Below, piece by piece: positions 13,201 to 24,700 of a stretch of DNA of 64,000 bases (the stretch's first letter is position 1; each line of letters opens with the position of its first letter). A model generated the notes under the pieces. It was not told where the DNA came from. It searched no databases and saw only the letters and a list, made by a program, of their open reading frames with translations. Made by a program: the position numbers and the translations under genes. The DNA comes from Psammoneis japonica (Eukaryota). The stretch lies in NCBI GenBank assembly GCA_008632985.1, contig QPGO01000071.1, positions 173,516 through 237,515 on the forward strand, read 5' to 3'.

Positions 13201-15450
13201 CACTGCCCGCTTGCACAATGCCCACGCACTTGTTGTGCCATGTGAACCTTGCAACACTCTTTCATTGAACATCACTTTTCACAGAGTCAATTGTCAAATC
13301 CATTTTCTGTGAAAGAATCTTCCAATTTTCTAGACTGAAACAGCATGCCAGCATTCTTGATGAGTTGCTGGAACCATCAACCAGCTTGTTCACTTGTCAC
13401 TTGCCCCCTGTTTCATGCAGCATGAAATGGACATCTCAACAACATTGGAGTGCAACATGATGAACACCTTCCTTGGACCATGTTCCATGCCACCTGCAAA
13501 TGATGTCAAGTTGCACCATGCAGAATTTGACAGAATGGCAAGAGCTTTGCAGCACGTGCAATGTCAAAACGGCAACAACACAGGTGGCCAGTCTTCATCT
13601 CATTGCAGAAGTCACACAGCACTTGCCATTGTGGAACCAACACACACGCATGACATGAGCTTGTAGAGATCACCTTGTGACTGACTCATCTCATGTGAGG
13701 ACTCTGATGACATGCAGCAAACAATGCAAATGAAGAGTGCAGCTTGTGGCAAAACAAAAAATTGTGAGTTTTTCCTTGCTGCACATTTCTGTGCACAAGC
13801 AGGGACAAAACAAAGACACAGATGCAGCAGCAAGAATACAAAAAATGCACTCAGCTGTCATGTGGCCTGGATTGCAAGAAAAATTGTCAACTGTGAACAA
13901 AGTTGAAAACAAAACACATGTGCTGCCAACAATTCAAACCAATCCACAAGATTGTCTGTTGTGATGATGGCCGTGCCAGATGTGTGACAAAAATGAGTGC
14001 AAATTTTGATGCTCTTGTTCACAACATTCTTCACATCAACAGCCAGAGTCAATCATTGCACCAAACCATCGCACCCATGACATTGTTCATCACAAATGTC
14101 AACAATTTGTGGCTGCTGTTGAGATTTCTTTTTGTCAAAATGACAGGGAGAACTTGCAGACATGGGAGGTTGTCCCACACACACCTGGCATCATCTGCTG
14201 CTTGCTTTGTCACTCTGCTTCTTTGGTGCCACATGGGTTGTCAGTGTGCTTCCATCCAAAATCAAATCATTTGCATCCACGGTGTTTTTGACTCCATTCC
14301 TGTTGGTGGTGAAGCACTTGAGACTTTTGATCAAGCTGCAACAAAAGTGTTTGTGAAAGCCTTCTGCAGCTGTTGCAACTTTTGGCTGCACATGACAAGA
14401 GTGGAGATGTGCTTTGGCAAAACAAGAGAGAAGTTGTTGGTGGATTTGTTGCCCTTGTTTCTCAAGATGGGTGGCTCAATTTTCCAGAACAAACCCATCA
14501 ATGTGACCTTTTGTGGTTTGCTGAGGCTGTGAACAAGCCTTCTTAAATGCAAGCAAGCACTGTCATCTTTGTTGGTGATGCGGTGCCTCAACATCTCAGC
14601 TCCATGCATGTTCTCAACCAAAAAACAAGGAAGGCACTCATTGAGATGGCAGCTGTGGGCTGGAAACAGATGTCTGGAGCAACTCCAAGAACAGCTGTGT
14701 CTGACAAGCCTGTGGACGCACTTCAATCCAACCAATCAACTTGGGAAAAGGCAAAATCATCTGATGAAAGCAGGTCATTCACAGAATGGGGGATCAATTT
14801 CTTCATGGATTTGCCACTGCTTTTGTGCTCCACTGCTCATTTTTTTCTCAGGCATGCCTTTTTTTGCAATCAATGGCAACCTGAGATGCAAACATTCATT
14901 GACAGAAAGCCTTGGGTGTGCACCGCAAATGGTCCAAGGCTGACAATGGTCATTTTGGGCACAACTCAAAGTTGCAGCAGCCCAGTCAAAGTGAGAGCAG
15001 TGAGTTGAAACCACGGAAGCTGGATGTTTGCAAGGAAAGCAACAGTGCAGCTGCCTGGGACAGTTGCCAGCAAATTCATTTTGTCAGCTGATCTTTGCTC
15101 ACAGCCACAAAGGATGTTTCCTTGTGACAATTTGTGTGTGTTGTTTGGTTGCAACAGAGCTGCAGCCTGCCTGGGGAAGTCAGGGTGGAAGCAGGAAAGT
15201 CATGTGCACTCCTCAATGACACATGATGGTTCAACAGTGAGCCAATCTTGAGTTTTCCAAGTCAGGGAAAAATCTGACTTTGCATTTGTGATGTCGTGCA
15301 GGAGGGAACATTTCAATTTGACAGGATCATTGTGATGTCACCAAAAGAACCTGAGAAAATCTGATCTGACAGCAGCACACCTGTGTGTGCAAGCATTGCA
15401 TCATGAACATCTTCTGCAACAATTTGACAGCAGCTGCCATTGTGGCATCA

Positions 15451-15689
15451 GCAAGAAACAGGAGGAAATCTGGCGGCATGTGGTGTGTGCAAGCATTGTG
15501 GCACATGGTCCCAAGAGCCCCAATGTGTGCTCAGGAAAATCATCTGACTTGCATTGGGGATGTCATCCTGCAAGAAACATGAGGAAATCCAACAGCACAC
15601 AGTGTGTGCAAGTGCTGCATTGCATGATCCTGAGAACCCCAATGTGTGCACAGGAATGTTGTCTGACTTTGCATTGGTGATGTCATCCC
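15451..15689 (+). repeat. Degenerate tandem repeat, ~119-bp unit x2 (partial related copies from ~15268)
   Basis: GCAAGAAACA.GAGGAAATC...GTGTGTGCAAG...CCCCAATGTGTGC.CAGGAA...TCTGACTT(T)GCATTGG.GATGTCATCC at 15451 and 15570. Confidence 0.8.
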
Positions 15690-17524
15690 AGGACTTGCGG
15701 GCTGCCTCCAGGTTGTGCCCCACAACAAATTTCCAAAGCCATGCAGAGTTGTCATCTCAATTGTTCAAAATTGTGCTCATCAAAATGCCATGTTTCTGAA
15801 TGAGATCACATTTCAAAAATGATGGCAACAACTCAGTGCATCAATGAATTAAGAATGTGCAGGAGGCCAATCATCACAGTTGTGAAATCAGGGGAAAAAC
15901 AGGGTTGGATTGAGCTGCGTGCCACACAAATGGACTTTGACAGCCAGCAGATCAGCGGCATTGGTGCAACTCCCACAAGGAGAAACAAGATGAGACTTTC
16001 AATGGCAGCAGATGCTCTCCAAGATGCCATGAGCACCAATGGTTGAAATGCCACTGTTGGCTGCAACCAGACAGAATCTCTGGATAACAAGTGACAAAAC
16101 AAAGACCACAGCTGCATGTCATTGTTTGACCATGACAACATCCAAAGTGCTGCTGCATCAGATGCTTGCACAACTCATCTTGTGAAGAAGCACACTGGAG
16201 CCACCAACTCCACCAAGGATGTGAGCAACATTTTCAGGGCTGCTGTCAAGAAGAAACACTGTGATTTTGTAAAGAACATGAAGAAGGGTGCCATTGACAG
16301 CAAGGAATCAATGCTGTTGGCAATCTGTTGCTTTGGCATGAGAAACAACAAGAGCAAATTCAGGGTCACTGACATCACCAAGTGTGTTGGCAAGAGGCCA
16401 GTCTGGGAGGGTTGGAGTGCTGCACTCTGCGTTGCCCATGGCAGCTGGGACACTCACTCCAATTCATTGTTGAGTGTTGAGGAAGCCCCATGGAAGAAAT
16501 GAGAGTGCAAGCACTCCAATGGATTTTGTTGCACCACACAGGAAGAAGTGTGGTTGTGGAACAAGGGTCATCACATCAGAGAAAACACACACAAAATCAG
16601 GGAGCTGAACAATTCTCTGAAGATGTGCTGCAATGTTGCTGCCTGCACATCAAGAACAGTGCAGAATGGAGAGGAGTGACCTCAAGAGAAGGACATCAGC
16701 TGTGCACCATTTCCAGGAAATGGTGCCAAGGGCAGACAAGTGTGTTTCAGAAGTGCAGAGAAAGCACAAGGCAAACTGCCCCATTCTCTCAAGCAGCCAC
16801 TCACCATTGCAAAAATGGTGGCATCAACTTTGGAAGGTTTGAGACAGTCATTTTCAGCACAGATGCCACAAGAATGAAATGGATGATGATGCCTTTGACT
16901 TTAGCAACAACAAGGGGACAGTGAACAAAGGCAGGCATGGGGAGTGGTGCACAAAACAGACAGCAAACAAGAGCTGTCCACAGCCATCTTTTCTCATTCT
17001 AAACAAAGGGGCTTGTCAGACCAAATGAGAACAAGCCACCAAGGAACAAAGTGCATTCATCAGGCAGCTGTGGTGAGCTTGAAGGTTCCTCCAGCATCAA
17101 TGACAGCACCTGTCCATCCAGCATCAGGCAAAGCAAGAAACCAAATCTGACAAAAAGGAAGGAGAGTGGCGCCAGTGACAAGACAAGCAGAAAAAAGGGC
17201 ACCCAACTAGAGCATGGGTGCAAACCCAGGTGCACTCATGTCTGCTGCCACCAACATGAATCAAGCAGCCACACATCTGCCAACAATGAACCAGGCCCAA
17301 ACCTCTCTGCCACTGATGAACAAGAGGAGCTGCCAGAGGATTGGCAAATCATCAAGAAACTGATCAGATGCAAGAAATGTTAAAACAGGTGTCTTGTTTT
17401 TTGGACACACAAGAGAAAACATGGAAACCTGAAGTTGGCCCAATGAGCAGTTGGTGGAGGAGCATCAGAAAAAGGCAGAAGGAGAAGAGGCAGAGAGCAT
17501 TGCCAACCAATGAAGGAAAAGTGT

Positions 17525-17645
17525 GTGTGCTGCATGTGCAGGGAACTCTTGCACAACAGAGTGCCTTGCATCAAATGTGGAGTCAAAAACCACAGGAGCT
17601 GCTCCTTTCAGCAGGCCAGTGGCAAGCACTGGTGCTTTGGTTGTT
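17525..17645 (+). pseudogene. PHD-finger-like relic within the mutated block
   Basis: ORF 17510..17761: CCMC-x9-CIKC-x4-HRSC-x9-WCFGC, the C4HC3 spacing with the conserved Trp. Confidence 0.5.
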
Positions 17646-19413
17646 GCAGATGTGAGGATGAGCAAAGCAGAAAAAGCAATGTGGAGTGCAAGGAGCAAAA
17701 TCACACCAAGCAGTCAGCACTTTTTAAGCTGTGTGACATGCCATGGGAGCTTTTCAATTGAAGGTGCAAAAATGGAAAATCAAGTGGACATGAATGACCA
17801 CAGAGCAGGACATTTGTGCGATGCAAAAAACCAAAAGATGCTGCAGAGCAGCATGCTGCATTTCTTGTGGTGACAATGTGTTGCAGGCAGAGGGGTGTTC
17901 CTAAAAGGAATGAAAAATGGAGCCCTGCTGAGATCATTTGAGTGGCAGCCATTTGTTTGTTTGTGGATGCAACAGCAGGATGTGTGGCATCACAGGTGGT
18001 GCTGTCAGCTGAAGAGAGAGAGAGCAGAGTCATGACAGTGGAACAAAGCTGATGGTGCAGAGTTTGAGTGCAGCAGAACAATGGTGTTGTCGGATGCAGC
18101 AGAGCAAAATGGTGAGGCATGGATGCAGTCATTGCATGATGGCTCCACATGTCAAATTGCACAATGTAGATTGGACAATGGCACAAGGAAACAGCACAAA
18201 TGCCAACTCCAAATTGCAGATGTGATGTGTGCATGATGTGGACAAATGCGCAGTCAAATTTCTTCTGACAGTGTGCCAATGATGTCACTCAATCACATCA
18301 AAGGAATTTGACTTTAGCAAGATGATGTCAGATGACAATGTCAAGCAGTCAGCCAAGACAAAAGTCTGATGTTGTTTGGTGATGTCACAGAGAAAACCAA
18401 GTCAGGTGTCTTGCCTTGACACAGGAACACCTGACATGAGACAAGATTGACAGGGGGCCCTCAAACTGGTGAGACACAACCCTTCTGGCAGTGGATGTGG
18501 TGGTGGAGGGATGCAAAACAACACAACCAGAGATGGACAGTGAAGAGGGTCCCTCATGACAGGCTCCATCCTGGGGAAACACATTCTCTGTTTGCAACAT
18601 CAATGGCAACAAGATGGGGGTGTCACTGTCAATCATTGTGCAGGAGTTTGCTGGGTGCACTGAAGGCAAACAACAACTGGTGGTGACCCATTCTGGTGGA
18701 CAAGGCCTGCCATTCATGATGCTTGGACTTGAGTGTTGAGATGCAGAGGAGGGCAAAAACTGCTTGGTTGTGCACAAAAAGTGCAAACCAGACATCAAGG
18801 GGTTTGAGCAAAATCTGCACCACACCTTGCTGGTGCTGCCCATGCAGAAAGTCACTGCCAAACTAGCTTTGGACCCAGGGTTTTAAGCTGGCATCAAGTG
18901 TGGCATTTTGGACCCCAACAACAATTCATGAAACCTGCAACAACTGAGTTTCTGGGAAGTGAGCAAGAGATTGGGTGCAATGATTAGAAGAGCTTCTCTT
19001 GCAGGTGCAAGAAACAATGAGCAAAGGAAAAAGGTTGTTGTTGCAGGAAGGCTAACTTGGTTTGCAACATCAAATCTCGGCAAGCCTCCATGCAAGGAAA
19101 TGCCTGTCCCAATGGAGATTACCAAGAAGACCTGGCTTGAACAACACTCCTGTGCATCTGAGGAGGGTTAAGGCCGGTGGTGTTGTTGGAGAGGGGGATC
19201 TCGAAGAACACCACGAAAGCATAGTTTTCAAAATCATGTGTGTGGGATATAATGAAGAGAAGCACCTAAGATATATACTCAGCATGCTGTGGATCAAGAT
19301 AGACTGTCTGCTGTGAGTGACAAGTTTTTCGGGACCCGTAGAACACGTTTGCAAAATCCAGTGACAAGGCAAACGTGTCATAGTTGGTAACTACGGTAAA
19401 AAATGCTATGAAA

Positions 19414-20343
19414 CCACTCGAGCTCACTTGTCTGCGCAGCAGGCATTTCGGTTAACGTGGATACATTCTTCTTTTCGTTTGACACAGTGTAGCGGGAAAC
19501 AATCAAATCTGAAATCACTGGAAAGGTAATTCTCACATCTGAAGAACCACGAACCGAGTTTGCTTGATGCCAAAGCACTACAGGTACACTACTTGTGCAT
19601 TTACTTGCATCGGGAGTTTCAAAAACAAGAAGCTCAAAGTAACCCAATGCCCAAATTTCTCGTCAAAGGCTTACGGTATTTGCGAATATCCTCTGCGAAT
19701 TCTACATCTGCGCGTGTTAAATATTCTGATCACGATTCTGAAATACAAAGCTATGCTTACTACACTACTTTATGCCACTCAACAACGCATATTCACTTCC
19801 AATCTAAATCCCCGTCCGGTTAAGGCAAAACTGTTCTGCTTAAAAAGTGCAAGGAACAGGAACGGCCGCTGCAATTGCGCCCGTAAAGCCTAGCGAATCT
19901 TCGAAGAGGTCAAAGAATGGATTCGTGCTATTTGGGTAAAATGGCGCGATAGGGATTTCACCAATGGCACCGACCCAGTCACCGGTGCCACCGGTGATTG
20001 CAAGTACCCCGCCATGAAAGTCTTCAACCAAGCCTGTAGCAGTGATAGTGCTACCTGCATCATTGCCAAACGTAAACGTGCAATATCCACCACCTTTTGG
20101 AGCATCTTCTGGTGGATTTGGTATCAAGGTGGCATTCCTCGTTCTGACACACGATCCATGCGTAGTGCCGATCAGCTCCAGCTCGTCAAACTCCTCAAAA
20201 ACGGTGAGGTTGTAGAGAAAACAGTCCCAAAGGAATGTCGCGCCATACGAGTCAAGCTCGAGTTGGTCTCCAAACCTATCCCAGCGGTAATCATAATCTG
20301 GAATGTAGAATCCAAGGTCCAGAAAGTTGTACTTGTTGCAGCT
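19414..20343. repeat. Segmental duplication, copy B (includes an orphan 3' fragment of the 4387..5882 gene)
   Basis: Aligns by eye to 5774..6879. Confidence 0.9.
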
Positions 20344-21021
20344 CCCATACTTTCCTCCATATTTTCCCTTTCCTGGACCAGGACTTGGACCAGGGCCGGG
20401 ACTAGGACCAGGACCATATCCTTCGTATTCTTCGTAGTATCCTTTGCCTTTTCCATATCCTCCCTTTCCAGGACCTGGACTTGGACCAGGGCCATATCCT
20501 TCGTATCCGTATTCTTCGTAGTATCCTTTGCCTCCGATGTATCCCTTGCCTTTATTATATCCTTTGCCTTCGATGTATCCCTTGCCTTCATAATAACCGC
20601 CTTCGGAAGAACTTCTCTTGCCACCCTTGCCTCCACCTCGTTTGCCACCTCTGCCTTTTCCTTCTCCACCTTCTCCTCCTCCCTTGCCACCTCTGCCTTT
20701 TCCTTCTCCGCCTTCTCCTCCTTTTCCTCCGTATCCCTTGCCTCCATAACCCTTTCCTTCGTAACCTTTGCCTTCATATCCTTTTCCTTCATATCCCTTG
20801 CCTTCGTACCCTTTCGCTGGTCCAGGAGACACTCTAGGTCCGGGGCTGCGTCTAGGTCCAGCGCTGTAGCGCTTCGGAAGACGACGGTTCTCTGCATCGG
20901 CGCCCACGAGAATTTCCTCAGTGGGAACAGTAGCTTGGAGAGAGTCTTGTTCGGCGGCAAACGAAGTCGCGATGGCCAAGGCCATTGCGCTGACGCACAT
21001 AATCCTGGTAATGATCTTCAT
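19840..21021 (-). CDS. Secreted Lys/Gly/Tyr(/Pro)-repeat protein with dirigent/AOC-like domain (paralog 3)
   Basis: 393-aa ORF: signal peptide, ENRRL site, (EGKGY)n, GG-rich and GPGPSP repeats. C-terminal domain nearly identical to paralog 2. Confidence 0.9.
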   Translation of the reverse strand: MKIITRIMCVSAMALAIATSFAAEQDSLQATVPTEEILVGADAENRRLPKRYSAGPRRSPGPRVSPGPAKGYEGKGYEGKGYEGKGYEGKGYGGKGYGGKGGEGGEGKGRGGKGGGEGGEGKGRGGKRGGGKGGKRSSSEGGYYEGKGYIEGKGYNKGKGYIGGKGYYEEYGYEGYGPGPSPGPGKGGYGKGKGYYEEYEGYGPGPSPGPGPSPGPGKGKYGGKYGSCNKYNFLDLGFYIPDYDYRWDRFGDQLELDSYGATFLWDCFLYNLTVFEEFDELELIGTTHGSCVRTRNATLIPNPPEDAPKGGGYCTFTFGNDAGSTITATGLVEDFHGGVLAITGGTGDWVGAIGEIPIAPFYPNSTNPFFDLFEDSLGFTGAIAAAVPVPCTF

Positions 21022-21797
21022 TGTGACGGCGGGGATTCAACTGCGAAAGCAGACAATGTTAATGTGTGAGAGACATATTAAACATCTTCTTGGAATGGAA
21101 GCGTCATGTTTTGAATTGACGTACCTGGGGAATGTGCTCCTTCTTGCGGCGCTCCTGATGATGTGGATGCGCAGCCAAGAATGATTTTGTGAGAGTCGAA
21201 ATGTCACCCCCGATTTTTGTGTGCGTTGAAGAGTCGTGGGTATGCGTTGGGATACGTCTACCGTGCCACGTAGAAAACTACAGGAAATGCCGTGACTCGA
21301 CAACGAAAAATTGTCCACCTCAACTGAATTGAGCACAAAATTTGGCGCACTCACATTTCATGCCAAAAACGTACTTAGGGTGCGATTATTAGCAAGATAC
21401 CTCAATCATGTATACTATATATATCTACAGTGTAAGATTTGATATCGGCGTTTAGGTCAGTGGTTCAATTGCATCATCCAAACATTAATAATATTAGAAT
21501 GGTTCAAAAAATTGTTTCCCAACGATGAGCATGACGTTATTTTTGGTGGACGGGCAAACGGCCAAAATAAAATTATTATTTTTTGCATGTCTGATGATCT
21601 CTTTCGATCTTCTCCTCTTCCATCTCGTTTCCAAATCTTTGTGTTAGATCACATCCACAAAGATACCTCTCTTACCTTGCGCAAGACAACCTACGTCGCA
21701 AGAGTGAAACCACATATGGAGAATAGAGTCAGAACAAGTGTTTCGTTCGTTATCTTTGCGATATTGTCACTCCTCTAAAACCGAAAACATCCGAAAC

Positions 21798-24700
21798 ATG
21801 CCGACAACGAATGTTGCAGAAGAAAAGGTTGAGCGAACGTCAGGAAACGGAATGAAGCACTCGACGAAACGTACCGAATGACATCCAGTGATAAAGAAAA
21901 CAAATCGCAAAGGCAACAAAGCCCCGTGCTCGTCGCAGTCGCAAACGAAGCGACTTGAGCCTCTCGGAAGAAACATCACTCTGGAGTCTCGAGAACGAAA
22001 GATCATCCAACAAAGAACACGATGCCGCTCTCGACCGATTCACAGAAGCGCAAAAGTGTGTCTCGTCATCCGACTTGTGGAGCCGTGAACCGTCTTTAGC
22101 AAAGTGCATAGTGCATTCATCTCAGTCGCTGGGAACGAAAAGGTCACAGCTTGGTGCCGGACTTTTGATGACAACCGCGGTGAACTACTCAACACTTGCA
22201 GAAAATAATAAAAACGCGTCTTCGAGTAAAACATTCGACTGAGGCTTTGAGAGTTACTATTCACGGTATTCGTGCGGTGGCTCCCTTTCTGGATAGAGGC
22301 TCGAGCAAGTGGGAGTCGGCTCTAAAGATTCTTTACCACGCGCTACTCATGGCGGCAGATATCGGCACGAATACAAAAAGTACCAGCACTACCAAGTGGG
22401 AATCGGCTACAATGTGCATTGCCGCTTATCAAGCACTTGGATTTCTCATTTCAGAGCACCAGATCATTAGTGAAAAAAGTGAGAGCGGAAAGCGAGTTTC
22501 GGTCAAGTTTAAGAGAGACCGGGATGCACAAGACCTTCTAGGAACTTTCCCGATGCCCAAACCAAAAGCTCATCCAAGAAGAATCAAGATGAGGTGTCAC
22601 CACTAGCTTCACACTTTTTACAATTGGCATCAGATCGACTTTGGCTGTTGCCAACATTCTTTCCAAACTCCCTGCGGGCGAGAAATGTTCAAAACGAGAA
22701 GAAGACGCGATGCATGACTACGGCGATCTTTCGTCAAACTTAATGATTGGTCCCTGCAAGCGACCTCAAATCATTATTTGATCTAGTCCTCTGTCTGGTA
22801 CGGGATGTAGCTATACCTTGGTTATCGGTCGCTACAAAGTCTCTTGGCACGGTGTGTAAGGAAGTGGTCGCCTCCAATACCAAGCGAGCGCATCGACTCC
22901 TTTGGGACGCTGCTGTGAAAGTAGAAGATCCAAAGAAGAACGATGACTATGATATACTTCTGGTATATCAACAAAGCTTACGGCTGCGAAAGACTGCAAT
23001 TCTTGCGTTCTTAATGTTTGACGAAGACGGCGCTTCGGGATTAGCAGAGCCATCTTTGATCGACAAGAGTCAGTTTTTATTAGCGTGTGGATATGCAAAG
23101 AAGGCCGCAGTCTATTCCGTACAGCAGCGATCGACCCATCTTCCGCCAGAAAGAAACACTGATATTGAAGATTTTCATCTGAGTGTTGGCTCGGCGCTGG
23201 ATAAATTGGCCGCGACGTTCGCTCGCGGCAAGGCGTTGTACCCATACGTTGAATATTGTTGCATCCGAGTCATTCACGTCGGTTCAGGCATAAACAGTGG
23301 TGACTGCGAGACGCCAGATTGTATCTTTGATCAATTGGGAGTACGTTATGTACATAGGCGGTGCCTTACTGCCTCAAGACCCGCGACTACAGTCGACGAG
23401 TACAATGCGTATTCGATCTGTGCTGCCATTGTCTTTTTCCTTCAAGGGTGCGTGAGGCTCTCAACCCAATTCTTAAAGAACGGAATAAAGAACGAAATGA
23501 TGGAAAGATAATGCAGGACTTTGGAAGTTCATGCAATTCACTCATTGCGTTTTTCAAGGATGTGTTCTTGTCCACGACGACTTGTGTAGACGCCGAAGTT
23601 TATGTTAAATGTTACAAGCTCTTGGCGCTCCATGCTCTTCCAAAGGTAGCGTATAAGATATTGGGTGATGAGTACAAAGAAACTGGAAAGGAAAGAGTAA
23701 AACCTACGAGAGAGCTTTCCGAAGCAACTAGGTAGTAGGCCGAATCCTTGCTGAATGCATCGCCCCAATGGCCGAAAGGATTGCTTCACATGTCGGCACC
23801 ACTCGCCAGATAAAGACCTTTTAGCAAAGCGCGAGAGCGCAGTGGATATGTACATGCGGTCTATATCTCTCTTTGATCGTATGCATTCATGGTCAAATGA
23901 AGAAGAGACTACTTTGATTTCAGCTCAAAGCGACGGAGCCATCAGATCCCTTCATCGTCTCGTTGCGGATATCTTGCAAGAAGAGCACGGTTTTCGTCTG
24001 CTGCTATTTTCCAGTCTATCGAAAATGCTGCAAAGTAAGTTCTGCTCTTATGACATGACATTCCCCCCTCAAGTAAGTCATCTTCCCTCGATTCTGACAC
24101 CAATGCACTGAACGTTTTCGTACAGGCGTTAGATACGGTAGGAAGGCGACGATGTGACCGAAAGGTAAGTAGACACGCATGTGTCAAGCCTTATTGGTAA
24201 ATTGAGCTGACTCAATGTTGTGCCTTCCTGCTCTTACTTTTCGCTATTAGGAGTATCATTCTTCTCTCCTGCCGCTGGTGTATTCCGCAAATCTTTATTG
24301 TCGGCTTTCCAAGATTCGACGTCAAAATTCGAGTGAGAAGGCAACATGTAGACTTCAATTGCGGTTTATACAAATTGCCACGATATTCCAACAGCTAGGT
24401 TATGACGCCAAGCAATTGTAGCAATGGTTTTAGGCGTTAGTTACGGAATTGATGAGAATACGAAGCTTCGTCCACAAGATTCATGCCAGGCCTTTTTCAC
24501 GCTACAAACTCTGCAACGCTTCACCAACGGTGTCGTAGATATCGACAGCGGGTCTGATTTCCGGTGGAAAATAAAAATCTGTGATAGGCCGGTTGATCTC
24601 ATTATGGTCAAAGTATTTCCTGGGACAGACAAGAGCGAAGAAGAGCAGGGAAAGAAACACGAGTCAACTTTCAATTGTACAGCTGCAGGAACAGCTGGCA

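Larger units (their letters stand above)
7715..19220. mobile_element. ~11.5-kb block of heavily mutated, probably transposon-derived DNA (TpA- and CpG-depleted)
   Basis: Most 60-nt lines contain no TA and no CG, with TG/CA in excess. No credible intact ORF. Contains a PHD-finger relic and degenerate tandem repeats. The element family cannot be identified by eye. Confidence 0.7.

Noticed and set aside
15268..15689. Repeats as a CRISPR-like array
   Set aside because: Long degenerate tandem units without unique spacers, eukaryotic context, no cas genes.
7750..19171. Dozens of overlapping Cys/His/Gln-rich ORFs (also 58580-63586)
   Set aside because: Artefact of TpA loss, which removes TAA/TAG stops and Tyr codons and enriches TG/CA codons. 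No coherent protein families.
19181..19322. Possible short TG...CA LTR on the minus strand at the right edge of the mutated block
   Set aside because: No second copy and no recognisable PBS or PPT found; unsupported.
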